Shown here: piece by piece, positions 1 through 13,361 of the stretch
How the letters are laid out: each line of letters opens with the position of its first letter
How positions within the stretch are numbered: position 1 is the first letter of the stretch
Origin: Felis catus
Lineage: Eukaryota
Direction of reading: 5' to 3'
NCBI RefSeq assembly: GCF_018350175.1
Contig: NC_058368.1
Span: 132,248,001-132,312,000, forward strand
DNA length: 64,000 bases
Translations under genes and position numbers: made by a program
The notes under the pieces: generated by a model
What the model was told of the DNA's origin: nothing
Databases searched by the model: none
What the model saw: only the letters and a program-made list of their open reading frames with translations

Positions 1-535
1 AAGGAAGTAAAACAGTAAACAAAGAGAAAATGGCCTCTTTATTGCTAGCTGGTTTTGTTTTTAAATTTTTGTAAACAATTGTAAAGATCATAGAAGAAAG
101 ATATACACATTTTCTGCCCTTGGGAAACCCTAAACCCTATGCCATCTTGGGTCTTTGGTTCTGAATATGAAACAGTTTCTTTGTCCTCATTACCCTATCA
201 GTAACATCTCTCAACAGCTGTTTGCAATAAAGGATCCTGACGGCCAAGGGGGAGACCAGAGCCTGAAGAGGTCAGAAAGGAGCATCAATGATTAGAAAGG
301 TTACTTATCATGGTATCACACAAAGGAAAATTGAAAACCAACATATGGTGACCCCGTGGCCTGGCTCCAGGTGTTTAGTAGCTATCTGAAGAAAGAGAAT
401 AATGTACCCTTATTTCATCTTTAAATAGGTTAATCCTGTTGTGTGGGTAATTTAAAAACAAGAGATCCTAGAAAGACATATATTTTTGTTGTATTTATGC
501 ATACAAATATATATGCATACATTTATATATATCTA

Positions 536-572
536 TGTGTGTGTGTATGTATACACACACACACACACACAG

Positions 573-624
<52 letters not shown>
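536..624. repeat. Compound (TG)n/(CA)n/(TA)n microsatellite
   Basis: Directly visible. Confidence 0.95.
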
Positions 625-626
<2 letters not shown>

Positions 627-731
627 AAGAACTAATCTAGAAATGCAAGTTAAATAATTATTAATATGAAGACGCTAAAAGAAAATGCTTAAATAGTTTA
701 AAAAACTACCTCTAAGAAGCAAACACAAAGT

Positions 732-934
732 GGATTGCCCGGGTGGCTCAGTTGGTTGAGCATCCAACTCTTGATTTCGGCTCAGGTCATGATCTCATGG
801 TTCAAGATCAAGCTCTATGCTGACAGCGAGGAGACTGCTTGGGATTCTCTGCCCCCCTCTTTCTCTGCCCCTATGCCACCCTTCTCTCAAAATAAAATAA
901 ATGTGTTTTGTTTTTTGTCTTTTATTTTTTTAAT
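732..934 (+). mobile_element. Can-SINE (older felid/carnivore type)
   Basis: tRNA-derived head gggtggctcagttggtt, CT-rich segment, A tail; target-site duplication (TSD) aagaagcaaaca(c/g)aaagt. Confidence 0.9.
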
Positions 935-1149
935 AAGAAGCAAACAGAAAGTAAAAATACCTGATCTTTAAGATTACCAGGGACTACAGACCTAAAATTT
1001 GGGATTGACTTTTAAGGAAAAATAAAAATAAAATCAACTTTTTGTTAAGTATATAAGTTTGGACTCCAAAAGAATATTGAGGTGCTAAAATAATTTCATG
1101 AATTTTATTTCCATATCAAACCACACTGTAGAATATTTATACTACCTTA

Positions 1150-1500
1150 AAATCTTCAAGGAAAGTGGTTCTACAATCTCCCTCAGAGCAACATTCCAAT
1201 ATTTAATAACTTGAAATTCTTCCTACTACCAAATCTACAACCTTCCAGCTGTAAAAATGAAGATGACTGTGTTTTTTTATGCTCTTGGTAGGGAAGGAGA
1301 ACAATTTGTTACCAACAATCAAACTATAATAAATGTTCCAAAGCCTGAAGACAGTTTTAAGACCAACATTTAACTTCCTTTTTTATAGGCTACTCAAACT
1401 CCATTTCTTTAAACTTCCCTTATATGTACTTCTAAGTATTTCACTATCATCCTTTCCCAAGTTATCTGCATCTCTTAAAAAAGAATTTGGTAGGTAGCCA
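1150..1500 (-). mobile_element. Ancient CR1/L3 LINE fragment
   Basis: ttctacaatctccctc...attccaatatttaataac...ttcttcctactaccaaatcta resembles the reverse complement of the L3 3' region; very diverged. Confidence 0.5.
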
Positions 1501-1824
1501 ACAATTCCTTAAAAAGACTAATAAAGTCTTTTTATTAGAATGATTCTCAAGTAGAAAGAAATAATGACTTGAATCTTAGCTAATTGGTGGTGATAAAATA
1601 ATAAACAAAAGGTAGTAAGCATTAAAACATTAAAAACTTGAGTCTGAGAGACAAAACATGTCAGGCTTTATTAAGTACCCTCCAGGGGGAGGATACCCTG
1701 ATTAGACAACTCAACTATCTTATATTTAGCAGGCCACCCTGTCTGCAAATAGCTATACTTCAGGCAGATATAGCTTGATGGTATTCTTATGGTTATTAAT
1801 TAACATGTTAATAAAAATAATTTA

Positions 1825-2015
1825 GGGGTATCTCGGTGGCTCAGTCAGTTGAGTGTCAGACTTTAGCTCTGTTCATGATCTCACAGTTCGTGAGCCTGAA
1901 TCAGGATCACTGCTGTCAGTGCAGAGCCTGCTTTGGATCCTCTGTCCCCCTCTTGCTCCCCTGCTCGCACTCTCACTCTCTCAAAAATAAATACAACATT
2001 AAAAAAAATTTTTTT
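1825..2015 (+). mobile_element. Can-SINE
   Basis: ggggtatctcggtggctcagtcagtt head, aaaaataaa tail, degenerate TSD. Confidence 0.9.
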
Positions 2016-2072
2016 AATATAAATACTTTATACCATCCTCTATTTTAATTCTATGCTTGCCAAACAACTTTT

Positions 2073-2293
2073 AAAAAATATTTTATTTTTATTCAAGTTT
2101 ATTTATTTATTTTGAGAGAGACAGAAAGCATGAGTAGGGAGGGGCAGACAAAGAGGGAGAGAGAGAGAAAGCCAAGTAGGCTCCACAATGTCAGCGCAGT
2201 GCCCGACGCAGGGCCCCAAACCAAGAACAATGAGATCATGACCCCAGGGGAAACCAAGTCGGATGCTTAACCAGCTGAGCCACCCAGGTACCC
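2073..2293 (-). mobile_element. Can-SINE
   Basis: tttatttatttttgagagag...gagccacccagg; TSD tgccaaa(c/t)a(a/g)ctttt. Confidence 0.9.
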
Positions 2294-2804
2294 TGCCAAA
2301 TAGCTTTTGATAACAAACTGGCCTACTAGTTAGATTTCCTTAGGTGTGAAAATGTGCACAATTCACTGGGGTTGACTAAATATCAACCGTACTTTCTTTT
2401 TACAAATCAATAACTTCAATTTTATATATAACCATATATATTCCTTGTGACCTTCCATTTCTAATATTAGATACTAAAAATCTGTCATCGCTGAACGGGT
2501 GGAACAAATATGGTGTATTTAACCATTTATAGATTATTTTATCATTAATCACCTAATTGATGACCTGTAAGTAAAATACAGAGTGTGACACAAACACATT
2601 TTCCCTGGAAAGATTCAAAATCAATGAGAAGGCTTAAAATTTCCAAAGTTACATCATACTTTCTATTTGTATGTTCTGTTTCCATCATGAGACTCAAAAT
2701 TCTTCAATCTTTAAGCCAAAATTATGGAATTTCTATACGTAAACATTTTCACTCATTTCATCTGAGTTATAGTGCAGTACCCTACAGTATAAAAAGAATA
2801 AATT

Positions 2805-2890
2805 ACTCCCTCTCTCTCTGCCCCTCCCCCATTCATGCTCTGTCTCTCTCTGTCCCAAAAATAAATAAACGTTGAAAAAAAAATTAAAAA
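2805..2890 (+). mobile_element. 5'-truncated young felid Can-SINE (3' part only)
   Basis: ctccctctctctctgcccctcccc...tgtcccaaaaataaataaacgttg plus A tail; TSD aaaaagaataaatt. Confidence 0.9.
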
Positions 2891-3384
2891 AAAAAAGAAT
2901 AAATTTACATTTACCTAAAAAAGCAAGGGTATTGCTACAGGGAGTAACAACAGTGACAGAGCAGCTTTAGTATTCTGTGTAGAATGTGCTTTGGAGGGAA
3001 GAGAAAAGGGGAGGGAGGAGCATATGGACCACTTTGTAAAAGTCTTCCATTTTCCAACATGGTTTCCCCAGATTACAGAATTACATTTGTTTCCTAAAAC
3101 ACAATATGTCTTAGAAATTCTGTGATTTTCTGCACATTGATATCCCTGTTGGTCTCATTCATTAAAACACCTTCAATAGTTACCCAGCACTCTTAAGATA
3201 AAAACATAGAATTCTTAACACAGCCTATAAGGTGCAAACAGATTTGGCTCCTATTTTCTTTGCCTATCTCATTTATGAGGGCTTGCTTTGAGAGCTTCAG
3301 CAACACTAGTCTTCTGTCAGCTCTTCAAATACACAAAGTAGTCACAAAGTTCCTCTCCCCACTAACTCTTCAGCAAATAATTCT

Positions 3385-3719
3385 TCTCATTCATTTATCC
3401 AACAAATATTTTTTGAGTTCCTATTATAAAGCAGGCATTGCTCCACTCACTATATAAACAGCCATGAACAAGGTAGGTGGAATTCTTACTCTTGTGGAAC
3501 TTAATGTTCTATTATAATTATCAACTCATTCTTCCAACAAATATTTGTTGAGCACCTACCATGTGTCAGGCTCTGTTCTAAGTGCTGGTTAAAGAACAGG
3601 GAATGAAATAGATTAAAATCCCTATCTCCAGGTAAAATCTATTCTAGGGGTTAAAGCAGGCAATAAAGATGAATTAGCAAAAGTAATAAATCTTGAGGAA
3701 AATAGAGGAAAATGACAAG

Positions 3720-3761
<42 letters not shown>

Positions 3762-4030
3762 ACACATGCACATGTGTATGTGATATGCATATGTGCACCT
3801 GCAGTATTAGAGGAAGTAGTTAGGGAAAGCCTTACCTAGAAGATCACAATTAAATAGTTAATGAGTAATCAAATAAGCAGGATGATTATGGCTTGAAATA
3901 AATGCTATGAAGGAAATAAAAAGTATAATGTGAAAGAGAAAAACTGGGAGAAGACTTTTTCTATAGGTAGACTGGACAGAAGGCCTGTCTGAAGAGAAAA
4001 TGTATTTGAGCCGAGACTGAAGGATGTTAA
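3385..4030 (-). mobile_element. L2 3'-end fragments (two copies) with an internal (TG)n at about 3722-3758
   Basis: cattcatttatccaacaaatattt and cattcttccaacaaatatttgttgagcacctaccatgtgtcaggc are reverse complements of the L2 3' terminus. Confidence 0.75.
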
Positions 4031-4612
4031 TGTGTCAAAATGTGACCCTTGGAATATCTTCATATGCTCCCCAAATACAGATGGCTTAGATTCTCCTATA
4101 GCACTTTGACCAGCATATCAACTGTACAGGAATGATATCATGGATGACATAGATATTCATATAAGAAAGGGAAATGTTTATTGAATGTCTGCCATGTGCC
4201 AGATAAATAAAAAAACCACTTTGCATGCTTGTCATACATTTCGCCATCTGAAGTTTACAAGAACAAATTGGCTGCTGGTCACTGGAAACAGTATCTGAGT
4301 AAAATCTAACAATAATCAATTTGAGATCATAGGTAATAGTGAATGGTGAGAAGAATTTTATTTAAAATATTCTGTTGCATTGTGAAACCATGTATTAGAT
4401 CATGTGTTTCCATTTTATGGTTCAGAATACATGGTCCATTGATAAAAACATTGTTCAGTTCTACACCAATGTAAGTAATAATGTACAACACATTATTACG
4501 CATTTATGTGCTAAATTGTAAGTCTATATGAACAGTGACAAACTTCATAGATAATAAAAAAATTTCCATAAATTAAACAAAGCTATGGTATCTATAAAAT
4601 TTATCTGGTGTT

Positions 4613-4801
4613 GGGGCACTGGGTGGTTCACTCAGTTAAGCATCCGACTCTTGGTTTCGGCTCAGGTTGTGAGTTGGAGCCCCATGTTGGCGTTGGTGCT
4701 GGCAGCGTGAATCCTATTTGGAATTTTCTGTCTCCTTCCCTCTCTCTGTCTCTCCCTCTCCATCTCTCAAAAATAAAAAAAAAAAAAAAACTAAAGAAAA
4801 A
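4613..4801 (+). mobile_element. Can-SINE
   Basis: ggggcactgggtggttcactcagtt head and A tail; TSD aaaatt(t/c)(a/t)tctggt-like. Confidence 0.9.
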
Positions 4802-5058
4802 AAAATTCTCTGGTATTATCCTGGTCCTTAAATCTACCTGTTCATGAGCAATTACTCCTCTCTCTCTCTCTTTCTAAAACCACTTTATTAATGTATGACT
4901 GACACACAAAGAAGCTCTACACAGTTAATGTATACAATTTGATGAATTTGGAGATAAGTATACATCCATGAAACCATCACCACAAACTATGCTCTAAATA
5001 TACCCATCACCTCCAAAAGCTTCCTCATTTTGTGTGTGCCCTAAGAACATAAGTTCTT

Positions 5059-5279
5059 TTTTATTTATTTTTTATTTTTAACATTTATTTATTTTTGAGA
5101 CAGAGAGAGACAGAGCATGAACGGGGGAGGGGCAGAGAGAGGGAGACACAGAATCTGAAACAGGCTCCAGGCTCTGAGCTGTCAGCACAGAGCCCCACGC
5201 GGGGCTTGAACTCACGGACTGTGAGATCATGACCCAGCCGAAGTCGGCCGCTTAACCGGCTGAGCCACCCAGGCGCCCC
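5059..5279 (-). mobile_element. Young felid Can-SINE
   Basis: CpG-rich, ends gagccacccaggcgcccc; TSD ataagttctt. Confidence 0.95.
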
Positions 5280-5290
5280 CATAAGTTCTT

Positions 5291-5517
5291 TTTTTTAATT
5301 TTTTTTAACATTTATTCATTTTTGAGAGACAGAGACAGAGACAGAGACCGAACAGGGGAGGGGCAGAGAGAGAGGCAGACACAGAATCTGAAGCAAGCTC
5401 CAGGCTCCAAGCTGTCAGCAAAGAGCCCGATGCAGGGCTCAAACCCATGAACCGTGAGATCGTGACCTGAGCTGAAATCAAGTTAGATGCTTAACCACTG
5501 AGCCACACAGGCGCCCC
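5291..5517 (-). mobile_element. Felid Can-SINE
   Basis: Full-length antisense copy adjacent to the previous one. Confidence 0.95.
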
Positions 5518-7954
5518 AGAACTTAAGTTCTTAACATAAGTTCTACCCTCAGCAAATTTTAAGTACGCGATTCAGTATTGTTTACTATAGGTACTATGCA
5601 GTACAGTAGACCTGTAGGACTTATTCATTTTACATAACTGAACTTTGTATCCTTCCAAAAGTACCTACTCATTTTCAATTTTCCCTAGTCTCTGGCCACC
5701 ACCATTTTACTCTGTTTCTATAAGTTTGACTATTTCAGATTCTGCACATAAGTGGTATCATATAGTATTTGTACTTCCTTGTCTACCTTACTTCACTTAG
5801 CATGTCCTCCAGGTTCATCCACATTGTCACAAATGTTGGGATCTCCATCTCTGCAGGCCCAGATAATATTCCATTGTATGTACATACCAGATATTCTTTA
5901 CCCATTTCTTTGTCAGTAGACATTTAGGTTGCTTCCCTGTCTCAGCTACTGTGAATAATGTTGCAATGAATATGAGCGTACACATATTTCTTCGAGATGC
6001 TGATTTTAATACTTTTGGATATACACTCAGAAGTGGGACTGCTGGATCATATAGTAGTTCTATTTTCTATTTTTTGAGAAACTTCCACACTATTTTCCAT
6101 AGTGGCTGTACCAGTTTACATTCCCACCACAAGTGCACAAGGGATCTCTTTTCTTCACATTCTTGTCAACACTTATTTTATAATGTATTTGCTTTTATTT
6201 ACTTACTTTTATTATAACCATCTTTACAGGTGTAAAGTAATACCTCATCATGGTTATGATTTGCATTTCCCTGATGATTAGTGATGATCAGCACCTTTTA
6301 ACATACCTACAGGTCATTTGTATGTTTTCTTTTAAGAAATGTCTATTCAGTTCTTCAACCATTTTTTAATTGGGTTACTGGTTTTTGTTCTCTTTTTTTG
6401 TTTTTTTTTTTCTTTTGGTATTGCTATTATAAATTTTGGACATTAATCATTTATCAGATATATGATTTGCAAATATCTTCTTCCTTTCCATAAGCTGTAT
6501 TTGCATTTTGTTGACTGTCTTCATGCTGTGTAGAAGCTTTTTGGTTTGATGTAGCCCCAATTGTCTATTTTTGCTTTTGTTGCCTATGCTTTTGGTGTCA
6601 CATCTCAGAAACCATTGCCAAAATCAAGAAGTTTTTCCCTTATGTTTGTTTTCAGGAGCTGTATAGTTTTGGGTCTCTTATTTAAGTCTCTAATCAATTT
6701 TGAGTTAATTTTTGTGTATGGTATAAGGATCAGATTCATCCTTCTACCTGTGGCTGTCCAATTTTCCAATACCGTTTACAGAAGAGACTATAACCATTGT
6801 GTACTGTTGGCACCCTACTCAAAGAGCCATTGATCATATAGGCTGTACATGGCTTTATTTCTGGTCTCTTTTCTCTTCCATTGGTCTGTTTGTATTTACA
6901 CTAGTACCATACTATTTTGATTATTGTAGCTATGTAATATATTTTGAAATCAGGAAGTATAATGCCACCAGCTTTGGTCTTCTTGTTCAAATTTACTTTG
7001 GCCGCTCAGGGTCTTTAATGGTTCCCTGTGAATTTTAGGGTTGTTTTTCTATTTCTGTTAAAAAGTGTCATGTGATTACTGCAATCACCAACTGATAGTT
7101 ACCAGTAAATTATGTACTGGATATTGTTGAACTACACAGAACCATTAAGTATATATGCAAAAAATATTTAGGATATGATTTGTAGTAACAAAATAAAGAA
7201 ATGTAGAGTTATGTCTGAGACTAAGTCTTGAATTAATCTGTGCTTTTTAGAAAGCAGTCAAAAGATCACCTACATCCTCTACAATACATAGGCTCATTAG
7301 TGAGTTCCTTCCAAAGTTTAAACTTGTTATTATTAACGTAAAATGTTTTTGTTAATCTACTTTTAATAATTCTTTTCTACTAGGAAAAAAGGAGACAAAT
7401 GGAAAGTGGAAGAGGAATGAGACAATAGATTCTGCAGAGCTTTACAGGCAGCAATTTTCCTCCAAACAGGCAAAAAAAGAAAAAAACACATTTTTTGGAC
7501 ACACTGATACTGTTTTATTTGTGATGAATTTTCATCCAGAACACATCACAGTCACCCTCAGAAACTTACTAATACAGCTAGCAGATTTTTTTTAGGTGTT
7601 CTAGTAGCATCTTGTTTTATATGCTGCTCATCTGTACTTGTCTCTTGCCTTGAAGAGGTCCTAACTTTTTACATAAAGTAAAAGAAAATAAAACTCATAT
7701 CCATACCTACAGTTTCAAATACCTGAGAATTTATAAACCCGAAAATATGTTTAAGGGCAGATTTCCAGATCACCCCTCTCCCGAAAAAGACTGGGATAAA
7801 ATGGAGAGTTTTGTTTTGTCTTGTTTTGTTTTGTTTTAAGAAGATATTTAGAAAGAGACACCATTTGATGAAAACTGATAAACAGTGTCTCCTGAAATAA
7901 AATATATTTGCTATCTTTATTAACATATTTACTACATCTAACAGAAAATGGAAC

Positions 7955-8286
7955 TTTCTTTTTCTTTTTTTTTCTCTTTCTCTTTCTTTCCTTTTCTTTC
8001 CTTCTTTCTTTTCCTCCCTCCCTCCCTCCCTTTCTTCTGTCCTTCCTTCCTTCCTTCCTTCCTTCCTTCCTTCCTTCCTTCCTTCCTTCCTTCCTTCCTT
8101 TATTTCTTTCAAGAGCATGCACCGGAGCAGAGGAAGGGCAGAGAGAGAGGGAGAGACAGATTCTCAAGCAGGCTTTGCCTTGTCAGCATGGGGCTGGATG
8201 CTGGGACAAAACACGAATTGTGAAATCATGACCTGAACTGAAATCAAGAGTTGGATGCTTAAATGACTGAGGCACCCAGGCACCCC
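7955..8286 (-). mobile_element. Can-SINE whose tail has expanded into (TTTC)n/(TTCC)n
   Basis: SINE body at about 8100-8286; (TTCC)n at about 8040-8100. Confidence 0.9.
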
Positions 8287-9435
8287 TAGACCTTTTAAAT
8301 TTTTTGTTTTAACCTTAGGGTAGGTAAATCAAATTCTGTATTTTAGTTTCACCACCTACAAAATATTAATAAACAATTACAATTTTTATCAAAGTAGTCT
8401 GAAGTATCCCAGAAAAAGACAGTACGTAAAACCACAAACCACGTAACATTTATAAATTACTACATTATACAACTATTTTACTCTGTATACACTATACTGT
8501 TTTGTTCTTTGTATTTATAGTCATTACAATCTCCTCACTACTTCTACTGGAAGTGATAAATACCTAGAAAACATAAACAGATGATCTACAAGGATAATGG
8601 TACAAGATGCTGTCCTGAAGTAGAATAAAAAATAAAAATTTTCATGTAAACTCTCAATTATAACATGTATATTAATGAACCTGCTCACATGAATTTCAGT
8701 AACATTTTTTGTAATTGCAGATATAATCACAAGTAACCCTAGCAATGGTCACATAATAACCGAAGCAGAAGTGATGGAAAGCTGATCACTGCTGCAGTCA
8801 TGTGTTACTCTGTAGTTGCTTAAAATCTTCCCTGGCATCATTAGAGACCTGCTAGTTGAAAGAGGGATCATTTCCTGATGTCCAACACCAAGGTATCCCC
8901 TCACTAAAAGTCTGTAGTAGTATTCTTCTAAGCCCCCAGTACTTTGTCTAGTGTTCATCTCAGGATGCTATAACCCCCTGACAGCTAAATCAGGGCTGGT
9001 TTGTTTTCCCTTCAGCTACCATCTGAAGTATGTCTTGTTTACCTGACTGGACTCCTACTTTCAAAGCCGCTACTGTTTTCTAAAAAAAGTATTTAGAATC
9101 ATTTAAAACCTTAGGAATTCACCAGATAAAACACAATATGTGTTTGGGTGCTACCAATGGTGTGAACCCAATTTTTCGGGCACAAGCTTAAGAAGTGAGA
9201 GTGATTGTACAGAATCTATTATGACTCAAGAAACTTTCTTGGCAATATACAGCACATTATAAAAAGGTAGCATAAGCATTTTCATATAGTACATGAGTCT
9301 AAGGAAACCATTTTGCTGCAAATCAAAGTGAAAAGATTAATGACAAAATATGTGAAATTGTATAGGATTGTAAGATGCTAATGTCTTTCCCCAAGCTTTC
9401 CTAATGTTATTTTATATCTATTACAAAAGCTTTTA

Positions 9436-9631
9436 GGGGCACCTGGTTGGCTCAGTCAGTTAAGAGTCTGACTCTTAATTTCAGCTCAAGTCATGATCTC
9501 ACATTTCATGGAGTTGAGTCCTGCATTGAGCTCTGCACCGACAGAGCGCAGCCAGCTTGGGATTCTCTCTCTGTCTCTGCCCCTCCCCTGTTTGTGGGCT
9601 CTCTCTCTCTCTTAAAATAAATACTTGAAAA
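9436..9631 (+). mobile_element. Can-SINE
   Basis: ggggcacctggttggctcagtcagtt; TSD aaaa(c)gctttta. Confidence 0.92.
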
Positions 9632-10594
9632 ACGCTTTTATAAACATAACACATAAATAGAATCTAAAGCTAAATATGGGGAACATAAACTTAAAACATA
9701 CAATTTTACAATTACTATTTATCTCACTTCAAATCAACTAGTCTGAGATATTTGTAATAGAGAGATAGGATAATCAGATGAAAATTTGAATTAATTATTA
9801 AAGAAAGAAAAGATGCATCCATAGATTCTGCAAAACTTATAATATAAATTATCTAATATGAAAATACATAGGTGCAGTTAAAGCCCAATTTCCAATAAAA
9901 AATTAAAATGTAGATTAACTATTTCACTTGCTAATAAAGATATGAGATACCAAAGATAAGAACAGAAAATCTGTAACCTCATTAAACCACGAATTTCAAC
10001 CTACTAAGCTACAAGTAAATAAGAAGTCGGTGACTGAAATTTGACCAACTTTTTCTATATGAAAAAGCAACCCAAGAAAAAAAAGGAGCTAAAATCATAC
10101 AGAAACAATAAAAGAAGACTCTTTACAGAAAGACAAGAAAGACCAAAGTTTCATTCAAGGCTTTAGATATTTAGATAGTTGCACAAAATCTTCAAATCTA
10201 GTGCATAAAATGTGCTGCCAAAGCCTACCGTGAATAATATGTTTGTCACCCAAGGGATATTTTGAAAATTACTTTCCTTTGTACTGTACCCAAGAGGATT
10301 AATCGGCACAGTACAATGTGTATATTGTTTAGTCTTTACTACCTTAAAACTTAATTCGTTTTCGGTTATTATTTTTTTAAGTGATTTTAAACACTATTTA
10401 CATAAAGACAGAAACCAACCCTTTAAACTTATGTTTTAAACTTGAATTCTTCTTATAAACAACTTGTCATTTAAAAACCTTATTTTTTCATTCAGTATGT
10501 TTACACTGGTACGTATATGAACATGTCTCTATACTAGTCACTGATCTCCTTCTCTATAAAATTGTTTTATTGTTTACATATATAATATTATTTA

Positions 10595-10837
10595 CTTGAT
10601 TTTAACTTATACTTTCTAATACTGAGTCATTTCAAGTTGCTTCATCCACTGCCCATATTTTTAGGCAGACATGAAGAGTCAGTTATGAAACCTGCATTTT
10701 TTTCCACAGTAATTTTCCTTGTTTTTCTATTTGGGTTAATGTCATCTTGTCCCCACTCAGTTGTTGTGTTAGAATGTGGGCAGTGAATGAAGCAACTTGA
10801 AATGACTCAGTACTAAAAAGTATAAATTAAAATAAAG
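10595..10837. repeat. Long inverted repeat (65-bp arms at 10595-10659 and 10773-10837, 113-bp spacer)
   Basis: Hand alignment gives 59/65 identity with no gaps and a 26-bp perfect core tactgagtcatttcaagttgcttcat. Confidence 0.9.
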
Positions 10838-11195
10838 GCTCTTAGCCAATATGAAAATTCCCTTAAACACAATTATTAGAGTACCAGAAAAGGCCGGGAG
10901 GGAGAAATTTTTGAAACCATAACATTTCAAAAGACAAACTAAAGTTGGCATTATAAACTCAGGACTTTAAAAGAAATACGTTAGAAATTATTAAAATTCT
11001 ACGTGCATCCCTCACAAGACATCTGAAACTTATTTAAGATTACTCATTTAGAAATAGATATTAGATCAATGATATCAGAAAAAAAGCAGTGAGTCAAAGG
11101 CCATATTTGCATTAAAGATGTTACCAAATGTATACTACACTCAATAAAATTCCAACTTAATATTTGTGTCATGAAAGAACACATATAAGTAACTA

Positions 11196-11378
<183 letters not shown>

Positions 11379-13361
11379 TCAAAGGAAATTAGGTACACTA
11401 TGGACTATTTCCATCACAATTATGAAACCATGTGTTGAACTCTTTGCTTGAATAACTTGATGCGTGAAAAGCAATACATTCTACCAATAAATAGTCACAT
11501 GGCAAAATAGAATACATTTACTGAAATGTGAATAAGAGTTCCAATAGTTTTTTCCAGCACCAAGACACAATAAAAGCATCTCAGACAACAATCTGAAAAT
11601 GTCATGTTGGCCTTCAAACACCGATTTAAACTAATTTCTAAAGGAATCAAAACAGAATTTCATATTGCTCTAAGCTTCTTGTTTGTTTTCCATGAAAACG
11701 TAACCACATCTGGTAGTAGAATTAAAAACATAAAATGTGGAAAATTAAAAAACAAAACAAAACAAAACCATGGTTGTAATTCTTAAAGACCTAATCTATA
11801 TACTCCTAACTTGGGCAGAACAATAGATGCTGTAGTAAGACATGTCCAAAGGTTCTTGAAATATTTCAATAATAAATGGGCAGAATGACAGAGGAGGCCA
11901 AAATCCAAAGTTCTCTCAAGTATATTAGAAGTGTTTAGTCTCTCAAAAATTTCATATTTCATCTAGGGTCATCAGAGTTGGAAAGGAGAATGTTCTCCTC
12001 TCTCTGCAATTTCTGCTTTTCAAAGTATGCTTGCACTCAAACATAATATTTTAATTCAGTGGAACAAATAATATAAAGATCGCCAAAAACCAGACAGAAT
12101 ACCTTAGTTTAAAGAGCTTTATACTTTGCTAAATATAATTGTTCATTTTTTTAAGTCAGTGTGCATAAAATAGGACAGATGCTTTTTTACTTTCATTTCA
12201 CATGTGAGTAACTTAGAATTTTTAAAGAATTCCTATGCCAACATTTAAAAATTTTTTCCAACATTCCTGTCAATTGTGCCAGCACTTGTGTTTTTTTTTC
12301 CAAATCTTTTCCATCCACTTTGCCAAAGGAAAATAATTTCACAAGTAGAAGTTCCTCAACTATTATTTAGGACAGTACAAATTTTCATTTATACATAAGT
12401 AACAAAGAGCCATGCATAATAATGAGCTTCATATTCACTTACTATTTTGTCATATTTCTTAAAATGTAAAGGTTAATTTGCTATATAAAAAATGTGTATT
12501 TGTGCAGCAGGAAATTAATACCTTTTAAAAGCTGAACCATGTTATTCATTAGTGATAGATTCAAAAACCCAAGGGGCAGAACACTGTCCTCTTTATACCC
12601 TTTCCTTTCACTTATGCCCCACTTGGTTAATTTTTAATGAAGAAAAATATTTAGATGGAATATTAAATGTGGTACTAATACAGATGGGTTTTATTATTGG
12701 CTATTATAATCAGTTCACTTGTCACTGTTCAAGGTACTTAATAGAAAACTTTTTTTCACCTGCTTATCCAGTTTTCATGACAGAATGCTTTTTACTTCCT
12801 GTTTATTTTACTTTTGGAAATTGACATGCAGAGCATTAAGGAAAACTATTTCTAGATGAATTTTTAAAATAGCAAGATTTTTAATTTTGTTATGCAAAAT
12901 ATCTTTAATCTACACAGATATGCAAATTTTAGACAAATGCAATTCTATCAGTAAATTCAAAATTTTATGTGAAGATTAATGATAAAAGAGGTCAAATGTA
13001 AAAACTCTAACTGAATGAAGATGGACTATTTTGATAAAACATAATATTCATGAAATAAAGAATTAGTACTTTAATTCCATAATATTTCTTCTAAAATATC
13101 AGTTTCATCTCCATCTACAACAAAGTTACAAGTCTTTATGAAAAGATTGAAATATGTAAAAAAAAATCAAGTGCTACTATAAATCAATGGGAAAATTTTA
13201 AGTACTGAAGTACTTAAGTACAGAGTCCCATAGGTAAAAATATTTGCTGATAGCATAACAAAGAAAGTATAAGATATATTCACCTAAGTAGCATTAACTC
13301 AAAAGTCTATTAAAAATTGTTATACATAATTACTTGTAGGTATAGAAAATTAACCTAAAAA

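Larger units (their letters stand above)
4880..7075 (-). mobile_element. Old L1 (L1MA-like) 3' portion interrupted by two SINEs
   Basis: Typical antisense L1 text (ttgcatttccctgatgattagtgat, ttccatagtggctgtaccagtttacattcccacc, ctagtaccatactattttgattattgtagct). Confidence 0.9.

Noticed and set aside
304..385. Minus-strand acceptor tctctttcttcag followed by an exon-like segment
   Set aside because: Does not encode the expected next ADAMTS6 peptide, has a weak donor and shows no compositional signal.
7669..8231. Overlapping 91-149 aa ORFs with EGRK/PSFL repeats
   Set aside because: Translation of a (TTCC)n expansion in a SINE tail.
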